Assembly (NCBI GenBank): GCA_000990355.1
Contig: LBSX01000008.1
Span: 40,316 to 104,315, forward strand
From: Candidatus Magasanikbacteria bacterium GW2011_GWC2_37_14
GTDB taxonomy: Bacteria; Patescibacteriota; Patescibacteriia; Magasanikbacterales; UBA922
Length of the DNA: 64,000 nucleotides
Direction: 5' to 3'
The notes under the pieces were generated by a model. The model ran no database searches. It saw nothing but the letters and a program-made list of their open reading frames with translations, and was not told where the DNA came from. Position 1 is the stretch's first letter; the number at the start of each line of letters is the position of its first letter. Positions 20,651 to 29,231 of this stretch are shown one piece after another. The position numbers were made by a program, and so were the translations under genes.

Positions 20651-22024
20651 ATGTATAGAAAATTAATCACTCTTTCACTCTCAGTACTCGTTTTGCTCGT
20701 ACTTGGTTTTGGTTGTAAAGGTCTAAGTGCCACCGAACAAGCAGCTATTAAGCCTGTGTCTTTGGATTACTGGACAGTTTACAATGATGTAGATACTTTA
20801 AATAAATTTGCCACAGAATTTAAGCAAAAATATCCTTATGTAACAATCAATATTCGCCAAGTGCGCGAAGACCAATTTGCTAGTCTACTAACCAATGCTT
20901 TGGCCGATGATGTAGCGCCAGATATTATTTCTATAAGTAATCGTGAATTGCGTAAATATCAAGATCGGCTTATAGAAATGCCCAAGAGTGCTAGTTTGTC
21001 TACTATTACAGTTACGGGTAAATATTTTAAAAATACAGTAATTGGGTCCGAGACCATTACTTTGCCGACTGCTTTGGGAATAAAAACCAGTTTTGTAGAT
21101 ACCGTATACAATGATGTAGTTTTGGCAGGGAAAATTTTTGCACTACCCTTGGCCGTAGATAATATGGCGATTTATTACAACAAAGATTTATTGGACAAAG
21201 CTGGTATTCCCGAACCACCCAAAACTTGGGATGAGTTTATGGAAGATGTTAAAAAAATAACGATTTTTAATAAAGATGGTAGTATTATTCAATCTGGGGT
21301 GGCACTTGGCACGGGCAATAATATTACTCGGGCTTTTGACATTTTGTCGCTCCTCATGATGCAAAGCGGGGTGGTAATGGCTCGGGGCCAGGCAGTTACT
21401 TTTGCCGACGGGGTAGAACAAGCTGGTGTGCGCCATCCAGCTTTGGCTGCTTTGCGTTTTTATACAGATTTTGCCAGAAGTGATAAAGAAGTTTATACTT
21501 GGAATGAAAAAATGAAAGGCGATTTGCAGAATTTTATTAGTGGCAAAAGCGCTTTTTATTTGGGTTTTGCTTATGATTACAAACGAATCAAAAACAGTGC
21601 TCCCCAATTAAATTTGGAAATTATTCCCATGTTGCAATTAAGTGAAAACAAGCCCGCCAATGTGGCTAATTATTGGCTAGAAGGGGTAACCAAAAAATCC
21701 CGGCACAAAAACGAAGCTTGGGGCTTTTTGGGTTTTATTACTACTCCCGAAAAAATTAAAGAATATACCAAAGCTGCTCGCTACCCTACACCTTTGCGGG
21801 CGCAAATAAACGAACAAAAAAAAGATCCTGTACTTAGCCCATTTGTGGCGCAAACTCTACAAGCCGAAAATTGGTATCGGGGCAAAGATGGCGCGGGAGT
21901 GGAAAAAGCTTTTAAAAGCTTAATTACTAATTATTTAAAACCTTATGCGAGTGAAGAAGAGGCTACTGCGCGTGATATTAATTTGTTAAAATATACTAGT
22001 GAATTAGTACAACAGACGATGTAG
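20651..22024 (+). CDS. ABC transporter extracellular solute-binding lipoprotein (family 1, sugar/maltodextrin-type)
   Basis: Lipobox LGFGC, and family-1 SBP architecture over 457 aa. Sits inside the pilin-like array. Confidence 0.7.
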   Translation: MYRKLITLSLSVLVLLVLGFGCKGLSATEQAAIKPVSLDYWTVYNDVDTLNKFATEFKQKYPYVTINIRQVREDQFASLLTNALADDVAPDIISISNRELRKYQDRLIEMPKSASLSTITVTGKYFKNTVIGSETITLPTALGIKTSFVDTVYNDVVLAGKIFALPLAVDNMAIYYNKDLLDKAGIPEPPKTWDEFMEDVKKITIFNKDGSIIQSGVALGTGNNITRAFDILSLLMMQSGVVMARGQAVTFADGVEQAGVRHPALAALRFYTDFARSDKEVYTWNEKMKGDLQNFISGKSAFYLGFAYDYKRIKNSAPQLNLEIIPMLQLSENKPANVANYWLEGVTKKSRHKNEAWGFLGFITTPEKIKEYTKAARYPTPLRAQINEQKKDPVLSPFVAQTLQAENWYRGKDGAGVEKAFKSLITNYLKPYASEEEATARDINLLKYTSELVQQTM

Positions 22025-22079
22025 TTGTTAGAGGAATTAGAGGTTTTAGTTATTAGTAAATGAATTAAAATTTAAAGAT

Positions 22080-23213
22080 ATGCCAAAAAATAAATTTCTC
22101 CTTATCTTTTCTATAATATTTTTAGTGAGTTTGTTTTTTGGTTTAAAAGAGGTTGAGGCAGTGGATTATCAATGCTGTGTGTTTACCCATGGCGGGATAT
22201 CGGAATGTGCTTTGGATGATCCTTGTCCAGCAACTAAACAAGTAGTTGTTGGTTCGGAAGAAACAGGTATGAGTGGTTATAAAACGGTTACAGAAAATGC
22301 CATTGGCAAAGCACAATCTTGTACTGATGTTGATATTTGTTTAAAACCAGCTTTTGAAGTAACTTGGACTGATGGACCAAAACAAGAGTTAACAGTAGGT
22401 GAAGTAATTAAAGCACAAACTGAAGCAAAAGTAATTTTTAGGCGTACAAGTCAACCAGTTGATGTTGTTTTGTCTTGTACTAATTGTGATGTGGAGGTGA
22501 CAACAGTTTTGGTTACTGGTAATATCATTCAGTTTACTTTGGATACAGGAAAATTTTTAAATAAGAATAAAGGTATAAACCCTTATTATGAAATAGTTGC
22601 CAAGTTAAATGATAAAGAATTAGGTAGACATACTTTAAATTTAGAATTAAAAAGGTTTGAATGTAAAAATTATAAACCACCTTGTACAGATAATTCGCAG
22701 TGTTTCCCTTTTGGGGCTGATTGCTTTTCTAAAATAGATGATACAATTTGCAGAAAATTGGACTCTCGACCAGATTTGTGTGGTCAGCAGGCAGATGGTC
22801 CTACTCTTGGTAGCACTGCTTGTTTTTGGGATGCTACGACAAAACAATGTAAAACTGGTATGGAAAAGGGTATTAGTAACAAGTATCCGGTGCCCGATGG
22901 TTATGCCGAGGGTGGCGGAGTTTTGCCTCCTTGTGCTTTTTCGGGATCTTGTCGTAAAGTAAATGATTTATTGGAATTAATTATAAATTTGGGTAGGGCA
23001 AATTTTGGTATTATTGGTACTTTTGCTTTTGTATTTTTTATTTATGGTGGTTTTACCATGATTACCTCTTTTGGCAGTGCCGAAAAAGTTAAAAAGGGCC
23101 GGGATATTTTGTTGGCAGCCGTGGTCGGTATGATTATTGCTTTTTCTGCTTATTTATTAATTAATTTTATAATAAGTGCTTTGGGAGTAGCAGATAGTTT
23201 TAAAGTAATATGA
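22080..23213 (+). CDS. Secreted Cys-rich protein with a C-terminal TrbC/VirB2-like domain; paralog 2
   Basis: Signal peptide, about 290 aa with more than 20 Cys, then GRANFGIIGTFAFVFFIYGGFTMITSFGSAEKVKKGRDILLAAVVGMIIAFSAYLLINFI. Confidence 0.6.
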   Translation: MPKNKFLLIFSIIFLVSLFFGLKEVEAVDYQCCVFTHGGISECALDDPCPATKQVVVGSEETGMSGYKTVTENAIGKAQSCTDVDICLKPAFEVTWTDGPKQELTVGEVIKAQTEAKVIFRRTSQPVDVVLSCTNCDVEVTTVLVTGNIIQFTLDTGKFLNKNKGINPYYEIVAKLNDKELGRHTLNLELKRFECKNYKPPCTDNSQCFPFGADCFSKIDDTICRKLDSRPDLCGQQADGPTLGSTACFWDATTKQCKTGMEKGISNKYPVPDGYAEGGGVLPPCAFSGSCRKVNDLLELIINLGRANFGIIGTFAFVFFIYGGFTMITSFGSAEKVKKGRDILLAAVVGMIIAFSAYLLINFIISALGVADSFKVI

Positions 23214-23845
23214 AAAAAATTATCCTAACAATTTTATTAGCAATAATTTTTTCTTTGCCAATGTGGATTGCCCCGGTTTTTGCTGTGGATGATCCTAGCA
23301 GTGAAACAGTTAAGTTGGATAATCCGTTGGGAGAGAGAAATGATATGCGGCAAATTTTGGGGCAGATTATTGATTATTCTATGGGTATTATGGGAGCGAT
23401 TACTCTCTTGGTTTTTGTGTTTGGGGGCGGTATGTGGCTAACTTCTATGGGTAATGCGGAAAAGGTAAAAACTGGCACTCAAGCCATGATTTGGGCAGCA
23501 ATTGGACTGTTTATTATTTTTGGCAGTTATGCTATACTGAACCTAGTAATAAAAGGTTTAACTGGTGGAGTTGCGAGTACTAGTTTACAAGTACCAAGCA
23601 GTGAAGAAAAAAATCCAGAAACTAGTTGTGTTTCTCCAAGTTTCTGTAACACGGCTGATAACTATTGTGGGTGTACAGCAGATTGTGCCAAAGACGATAA
23701 ACTTTGTTTTACCAATTGTGGAGAGATGTGCACAAATTTTTCTGGAGCGTGCGCTACAGATGAAGAAAAAAAGGGCTTGTTTGTAACTTGTGTGGTTGCC
23801 TCTGGTGGGGGAGAATTGGATTGCAAACAAACTATTTGTGAATAA
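23210..23845 (+). CDS. TrbC/VirB2-like domain protein with a C-terminal Cys-rich module; paralog 3, domain order inverted
   Basis: Signal peptide, then MRQILGQIIDYSMGIMGAITLLVFVFGGGMWLTSMGNAEKVKTGTQAMIWAAIGLFIIFGSYAILNLV, then an 80-aa tail with 14 Cys. Confidence 0.6.
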   Translation: MKKIILTILLAIIFSLPMWIAPVFAVDDPSSETVKLDNPLGERNDMRQILGQIIDYSMGIMGAITLLVFVFGGGMWLTSMGNAEKVKTGTQAMIWAAIGLFIIFGSYAILNLVIKGLTGGVASTSLQVPSSEEKNPETSCVSPSFCNTADNYCGCTADCAKDDKLCFTNCGEMCTNFSGACATDEEKKGLFVTCVVASGGGELDCKQTICE

Positions 23846-23912
23846 TAAAAGGTTTAACAGGTAAATAATTATTACGTATGAAGGTATTTCAACAAAGGAA
23901 GGGGGTGAAAAC

Positions 23913-24431
23913 ATGATTAAATTAATGAAAGCTTTAAATAATAAATTAGTAGTATTAGCTGTAGTAACTTTGGCTTTTGGTTTATTGCTTTTGCCAGGTT
24001 TAGCTTATGCAGAGATTGATGCTGCCTGTGCCGATGATACTGAATGTGACGCGGGTGAAATTTGTGGAGTAGATGAAACTTGCGTGGCCGACCCTTCTAC
24101 CTCAGGTTCAGACGCCAAAGACCCATTTGGAATAAATTATGGTGCTAAAACTGGTTTAGGTTCCAGAGATATTCGCGATACCATTGGTAGCATTATTAAT
24201 GTAGCTTTGGGTTTACTCGGCATTGTGGCCGTAGTAATCGTCTTGGCTGGTGGTTTTAAATGGATGACCTCTGGTGGTAATGAAGAAAAATCTACCGAAG
24301 CTCGCAAATTGATTTTTGCTGGTATTATTGGTTTGGCAATTATTTTGTCTGCCTATGCAATTTCTAGATTTGTCTTAACACAATTGTATACCGCAACAAG
24401 TACAAGTGGTACAGCTACCTATGGAGTATAA
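23913..24431 (+). CDS. TrbC/VirB2-like pilin-family protein; paralog 4
   Basis: Signal peptide, a short Cys/acidic segment, then IRDTIGSIINVALGLLGIVAVVIVLAGGFKWMTSGGNEEKSTEARKLIFAGIIGLAIILSAYAISRFV. Confidence 0.6.
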   Translation: MIKLMKALNNKLVVLAVVTLAFGLLLLPGLAYAEIDAACADDTECDAGEICGVDETCVADPSTSGSDAKDPFGINYGAKTGLGSRDIRDTIGSIINVALGLLGIVAVVIVLAGGFKWMTSGGNEEKSTEARKLIFAGIIGLAIILSAYAISRFVLTQLYTATSTSGTATYGV

Positions 24432-24559
24432 GTAGCATTTACATAGTCTCTTAAGTTAGGAGAAAATATAATGTTAACAAAAGGAATTATTACCCCCGAC
24501 AGATTGTCGGGGGTAATAATGGCCTTGATTGTAGGTTGTTATTTGTTATCAAGCTGTCA

Positions 24560-24645
24560 TTCCTTAGCGTCATTCCCGCGCAGGCGGGAATCTTACACTA
24601 GTTAAAAAGATTCCCGCCTGCGCGGGAATGACGCACGAAGAAAGG
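24560..24645. repeat. Family B palindromic repeat pair (GTCATTCCCGCGCAGGCGGGAAT ... ATTCCCGCCTGCGCGGGAATGACGC)
   Basis: Two inverted copies. Relatives occur at 4930, 8566, 11905, 52068 and 62226. Confidence 0.8.
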
Positions 24646-24693
24646 TGGCAATGACAAATTGATACTGAGTAATAAATTACAATAATTATATAT

Positions 24694-25095
24694 ATGAAAA
24701 AAGCATTTTTATTTTTAAGTCTAATGTTTGTTTTGTTATTTGGATTTTTTTGCACTTTTAAACCAGTTTTGGCACAAGGTCCTTATTTAGGTTTGGAATA
24801 TGGAGCCGACACTGGACTTTCTACCAAAGACATTCGTTTTACTACCGCCAGAATTATCAATACGGTGCTTGGCCTTTTGGGCATGGTTTCGGTAGTAATT
24901 ATTATTTATGCTGGTTTTAAATGGATGACTGCCGGTGGTAATGAAGAAAATGCCACTTCGGCCAGAAAAATTTTATTTTCGGCAGTAATCGGTTTGGTAA
25001 TAATTCTTAGTGCTTATTCTATTGCTCGTTATGTAAATACTAGTTTATACAAAGCGACTACTGGCTATGACTATGAGTCAATGATTATTGAATAG
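24694..25095 (+). CDS. TrbC/VirB2-like pilin-family protein; paralog 5
   Basis: IRFTTARIINTVLGLLGMVSVVIIIYAGFKWMTAGGNEENATSARKILFSAVIGLVIILSAYSIARYV. Confidence 0.6.
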   Translation: MKKAFLFLSLMFVLLFGFFCTFKPVLAQGPYLGLEYGADTGLSTKDIRFTTARIINTVLGLLGMVSVVIIIYAGFKWMTAGGNEENATSARKILFSAVIGLVIILSAYSIARYVNTSLYKATTGYDYESMIIE

Positions 25096-25100
25096 TATAT

Positions 25101-25622
25101 ATGAAAAAAATATTATTTTTATTAGTTGGTTTGGTAATAGTTTTTTCTCCAGTTTTGGCAATGGCGGAAGATTCTTATGGTTTGGAAACAACGGCTGGAG
25201 CTGCCAAATTAAAAAGTGATAAAGATTTGCCCACTTTGGTTGGTAATGTGGCTGGTACTGCACTTTCTTTGGTAGGTGTAATATTTTTTGCTTTAATGAT
25301 TTATGCTGGTTTTTTGTGGATGACTGCCCAAGGTAAAGAAGAACAAGCCAAAAAAGCTTTGGACACAATTATTGCCTGTATTATTGGTTTAATAATCATT
25401 TTGGCCGCTTATGCGATTACTAGATTTATTTTTAATAGTGCGGGGGTGGGAGGAAGTGGTACAGTGCCTCAAGAAAAACAGTGTGATGCTACATCTGTTG
25501 CTTCGTGTAAATCTAAACCTGAGAGTACTACAGCTTGTACTGAAACAGCAGGTGGGGTAACTACTAATGGGTTTTGTCATTTTGTAAACCCACAGTCAAA
25601 GAGTTGTAGTTGTGGAAATTAG
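25101..25622 (+). CDS. TrbC/VirB2-like pilin-family protein with a C-terminal Cys-rich tail; paralog 6
   Basis: Conserved domain LVGNVAGTALSLVGVIFFALMIYAGFLWMTAQGKEEQAKKALDTIIACIIGLIIILAAYAITRFI, then a 9-Cys tail. Confidence 0.6.
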   Translation: MKKILFLLVGLVIVFSPVLAMAEDSYGLETTAGAAKLKSDKDLPTLVGNVAGTALSLVGVIFFALMIYAGFLWMTAQGKEEQAKKALDTIIACIIGLIIILAAYAITRFIFNSAGVGGSGTVPQEKQCDATSVASCKSKPESTTACTETAGGVTTNGFCHFVNPQSKSCSCGN

Positions 25623-25632
25623 AATATTTATT

Positions 25633-26340
25633 ATGTTTTTTGGTTATAAAAAAATAATTTTAATTTTAGCAGTATTTTTGAATATATTTTTTTTTGGAAA
25701 CCAAGCTTTGGCAGCTTACACTTTTGATGACACTGGCCTGATGCTTGGTAAAGCCGCGGAGCCAACAGGAATGTTGGATACCAAAGTCACTGGGTCTTTG
25801 CCAGTAGTTTTGGGTTTTTGGGCCACAGTAGCATTTTCATTAGTAAGCATTGTCTTTTTTATTTTAATGTTTTATGCTGGTTTTTTGTGGATGACAGCGC
25901 GTGGTTCGGAAGAAGTGGTAACCAAAGCCAAGGGCATAATTACTATGGCCATAATTGGTTTGTTTGTACTCGTAGCCTCGTATGCAATTACCACCTTTAT
26001 TACTAGCAGTTTAGTTCCTGGTGTGGCTGGTAATAAAGCCGCTGGTACTGGTAATTTGGAAGTTGGGCCAAATAATCCCGAAGGTTGTTGTGTGGATTGG
26101 GTAGCCACCGATAGTCAGTGGTTTGGCGCAGTTGGTACCTTAAAAAAAGATAATGACGGTGGTTTTGTGGGAGTAAGTGCTTGCCGGATAACTACAAAGT
26201 CTGATTGTGAATTACAAGGTACAACAGAAACGGAAAGTGATGTGTTGGCTGGCCCCGAAGGTGTTGGTTATTGGGTATTTGATGAAGCTATAAAAGAAAA
26301 AGAGGCTTGTCAAAGTGCTTATTGTAAATTAGCAAATTAA
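25633..26340 (+). CDS. TrbC/VirB2-like pilin-family protein with a C-terminal Cys-rich domain; paralog 7
   Basis: Start moved to the ATG at 25633 because the track start is a GTG. Conserved domain, then a roughly 110-aa tail with 7 Cys. Confidence 0.55.
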   Translation: MFFGYKKIILILAVFLNIFFFGNQALAAYTFDDTGLMLGKAAEPTGMLDTKVTGSLPVVLGFWATVAFSLVSIVFFILMFYAGFLWMTARGSEEVVTKAKGIITMAIIGLFVLVASYAITTFITSSLVPGVAGNKAAGTGNLEVGPNNPEGCCVDWVATDSQWFGAVGTLKKDNDGGFVGVSACRITTKSDCELQGTTETESDVLAGPEGVGYWVFDEAIKEKEACQSAYCKLAN

Positions 26341-26349
26341 TAAAAAATT

Positions 26350-26715
26350 ATGAAAAAAATATTTATAACTCTGGCATTATTTACAATTTTGTTAACACCA
26401 GTTTTTGTTTTTTCTGCCAATACTGGTTTGGGTGCCTTAACAAAAAATTTAAGTGATACTGGCAAAGCCGCAGAAATAAGTGAAACTGGTACTTTGCAAG
26501 ATATTGTTGGTACAGGAATTGGAGCGGCCCTTACTTTGGTTGGATTAATTTTTATGATTTTAATGGTTTATGGTGGATATTTGTGGATGGTTGCGAGAGG
26601 TGCCGAAGAAATGATCACCAAGGCCAAGGGAATTATTACTGCTGCGATTATCGGTTTGGTAGTAGTAATTAGCGCCTATGCCATAACAGTATTTATTACA
26701 GGTAGGTTTCAGTAA
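26350..26715 (+). CDS. TrbC/VirB2-like pilin-family protein; paralog 8 (minimal form)
   Basis: Signal peptide plus a short linker plus the conserved domain only (121 aa). Confidence 0.6.
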   Translation: MKKIFITLALFTILLTPVFVFSANTGLGALTKNLSDTGKAAEISETGTLQDIVGTGIGAALTLVGLIFMILMVYGGYLWMVARGAEEMITKAKGIITAAIIGLVVVISAYAITVFITGRFQ

Positions 26716-26735
26716 TTAGTTTTATTTTAAATGAT

Positions 26736-27122
26736 ATGAATATAAAGAAAATAATTTTAATAGCCATCTTTAGTTTATTATTGTGTACCCCAGTATTGGC
26801 GAAATTAAATTTGGGCACAGGAATTGCTGGGCAGGCGGCGGTAAAAGCTGGTTATGAAGGAAATACTAGTGAAATAACTTTTTCGCAAAATATTGGTACA
26901 GTAATTAATGCCGCACTTTCGCTAGTGGGTGTAATATTTTTGGTTTTAATGGTTTATGCGGGATATTTGTGGATGACAGCACGTGGTTCGGAAGAAGAAA
27001 TTACCAAAGCCAAAGGAATTATTATTGCGGCCATGATTGGTTTAATTTTGGTGGTAGGTGCTTATAGTATTACTACTTTTGTGGTACCACGTATTTTGGC
27101 TAGTGGCGTCAAAACTCCCTAA
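26736..27122 (+). CDS. TrbC/VirB2-like pilin-family protein; paralog 9
   Basis: IGTVINAALSLVGVIFLVLMVYAGYLWMTARGSEEEITKAKGIIIAAMIGLILVVGAYSITTFV. About 75% identical to paralog 7 within this domain. Confidence 0.6.
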   Translation: MNIKKIILIAIFSLLLCTPVLAKLNLGTGIAGQAAVKAGYEGNTSEITFSQNIGTVINAALSLVGVIFLVLMVYAGYLWMTARGSEEEITKAKGIIIAAMIGLILVVGAYSITTFVVPRILASGVKTP

Positions 27123-27123
27123 T

Positions 27124-27531
27124 ATGAAAAAAATTGTTTTGTTAATAATTTTATTTGTTAGTCTAGGGTTATTCCCTTTGGCCTTGCAGGCTCAAGTAAA
27201 TAAAACTACGGGTGAAAAAATTATGGGGCAAGTAGGTGCTAGTGCCGAAAAGGCCGAAATTGGGGCGCCAGCAGATTTTAGAGTAGTTGTTACCAGAACC
27301 ATAAAAACTCTTCTTGAGACAGTTGGTGCAGTATTTATTATTTTAATAGTTTATGGCGGTTATACTTTTATTACTGCTGAGGGCGAAGAAGAAAAAGTAA
27401 CCAAAGGTTTAAATATAATCAAGCCAGCAATTATTGGTTTAATAATCATTTTGGCGGCTTATGGTATTACTTTGTATGTGGGCATACGGTTTACCCAAGC
27501 AGTAACTGAAGGGGCCACAATAATGCGTTAA
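27124..27531 (+). CDS. TrbC/VirB2-like pilin-family protein; paralog 10
   Basis: Start moved to the ATG at 27124 (MKKIVLLIIL). Conserved domain is present. Confidence 0.55.
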   Translation: MKKIVLLIILFVSLGLFPLALQAQVNKTTGEKIMGQVGASAEKAEIGAPADFRVVVTRTIKTLLETVGAVFIILIVYGGYTFITAEGEEEKVTKGLNIIKPAIIGLIIILAAYGITLYVGIRFTQAVTEGATIMR

Positions 27532-27536
27532 AATTT

Positions 27537-28046
27537 ATGAAAAAGTTCTTATATCTTATTTTGCTAGCCGTTTTTTTAAGTGGTTTATTTACTTTTGTCC
27601 AAGTTAAGGCAGCTGATTATCGTGCTGATACCATGAATCAACTTTCCGCTACCGCTGGTGCCAATGGAGCCAACTATGGCACAGCGCGTGATCCACGAGC
27701 AATTGTGGCCCAAGTAATAAAAATTTTTTTGGGTACAGTAGGAATATTGTTTGTGGCTTACACGGTTTATGCTGGGTTTATAATACTAACTTCTGGTGGT
27801 AATGAAGAAAAAGTTGGAAAAGCCAAAAAAATGATTTTTTATGCGACCATAGGTATTATAATTACTCTCTCTGCTTATGGGATAGTTTTGTTTGTACAAA
27901 GATATTTTGTAGGAGATACTGGCGGTTTAAATGGCAGTGCTAGTTATGGGCCGTGGTATGTAGAAGGAAGTTTAAACGTGGATGAGAGTAATAGTCAATT
28001 TTATTCTCCAGATCCCTTGGAACAAGATACACTTATTTATCACTAA
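27537..28046 (+). CDS. TrbC/VirB2-like pilin-family protein; paralog 11
   Basis: VAQVIKIFLGTVGILFVAYTVYAGFIILTSGGNEEKVGKAKKMIFYATIGIIITLSAYGIVLFV, followed by a terminator hairpin (catccgcctcatcggcggatg plus T-run). Confidence 0.6.
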   Translation: MKKFLYLILLAVFLSGLFTFVQVKAADYRADTMNQLSATAGANGANYGTARDPRAIVAQVIKIFLGTVGILFVAYTVYAGFIILTSGGNEEKVGKAKKMIFYATIGIIITLSAYGIVLFVQRYFVGDTGGLNGSASYGPWYVEGSLNVDESNSQFYSPDPLEQDTLIYH

Positions 28047-28107
28047 TAATAAAAATAAAACATCCGCCTCATCGGCGGATGTTTTTTAATTTCTAGAGAT
28101 ACAAAGG

Positions 28108-28180
28108 GGTGGCCAACGAGAATTGAACTCGTATTGTCGGTTCCACAAACCGAAGTAATAACCATTATACCATGGCCACC
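28108..28180 (-). tRNA. tRNA-His (anticodon GTG) with an encoded G-1
   Basis: Hand-folded: acceptor GTGGCCA/TGGCCAC, anticodon stem TCGGT/ACCGA with loop TTGTGGA, T-arm ACGAG-TTCAATT-CTCGT, and an extra 5' G characteristic of tRNA-His. No encoded CCA. Confidence 0.8.
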
Positions 28181-28245
28181 ACTCTATATCCCTAACACAG
28201 AGCAGATGGTAGCCATTATATTTGAAAAACGTCTTTTTGTCAACT

Positions 28246-28983
28246 TTATTTGTCGCCAATCTTTTCAAAAGCCCGTAAAACTTCTAGTGGTATAGCAAAA
28301 ATTACTGTGTTTGATTGATCCGAAGAAATGTCGTTGATAGAGTTGAGAGTACGTAAATGCAGGGCTCCGGGAGCAGCAGAAAGCATAGTAGCCGCTTTGG
28401 CCAAATTTTCGGCAGCAATTACTTCACCACCAGACTTAATAATTACGGCTCGGCGTTCACGTTCGGCCTCTGCTTGTTTGGCAATTACGCGTTGCATGTC
28501 TTCGGGTAATTGAATATCTTTTAATTCTACACTTTCTACTTTTATACCCCAGTTTTCAGTAGCCCCATCAACAATAATTTTGATTTTTTCGGCTGCAGAT
28601 TCACGATTAGCCAGAAGTTCGTCCAATTCCATTTGGCCAATTACATTTCTCATGGTGGTTTGGGCCAATTGCGACACGGCGTACCAAAAATTTTCTACTT
28701 CCAAAGTGGCTTTGGCCACATCGCTTACTTTGTAATAAATTACTGCATTAACTTTGGCCGAAACATTATCTTTGGTAATGGCTTCTTGGAGTGGTACATC
28801 CACGGCTTTAATACGAATGTCGACTTTGGTTAAACTTTGAATAACAGGGAAGACCAAGCGCCAGCCGGGTTCAACAATTTTGGTAAATTTACCAAGTTGA
28901 AATTTTACCCCGCGCTGGTATTGGTTTACTTGGCGGATGCTAATGAAGATTAGCACTAGTACTAAGATTGCTAGTTGCCACAT
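28246..28983 (-). CDS. SPFH/band-7 (stomatin/HflK-like) membrane protein
   Basis: N-terminal TM, then the SPFH domain pattern (QYQRGVKFQLGKF ... VDIRIKAVDVP ... AVIYYKV), then a coiled-coil C-terminus. Confidence 0.8.
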   Translation of the reverse strand: MWQLAILVLVLIFISIRQVNQYQRGVKFQLGKFTKIVEPGWRLVFPVIQSLTKVDIRIKAVDVPLQEAITKDNVSAKVNAVIYYKVSDVAKATLEVENFWYAVSQLAQTTMRNVIGQMELDELLANRESAAEKIKIIVDGATENWGIKVESVELKDIQLPEDMQRVIAKQAEAERERRAVIIKSGGEVIAAENLAKAATMLSAAPGALHLRTLNSINDISSDQSNTVIFAIPLEVLRAFEKIGDK

Positions 28984-29082
28984 AGAGTTTGAGTTAAGAA
29001 TTATTACTTATAGCTTAATAGTACTATCTTTTGCTTTTTTGGTCAATAAAAATCCTGTACCAGATTGGTACAGGGTTTTTTG

Positions 29083-29154
29083 TGACCCCGCTTGGAATCG
29101 AACCAAGATCTAAAGCTTAGAAGGCTTCTATTCTATCCATTGAACTACGAGGCC
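29083..29154 (-). tRNA. tRNA-Arg (anticodon TCT)
   Basis: Hand-folded: acceptor GGCCTCG/CGGGGTC with two G-U pairs, anticodon loop CTTCTAA, T-arm CTTGG-TTCGATT-CCAAG, discriminator A. Confidence 0.7.
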
Positions 29155-29231
29155 AATAGCTAATTGTGAGACAATCTTACAATAAAAATTAGTGTTTGTC
29201 AACCATGCACCAGAACGGTACAGGGTAAACC

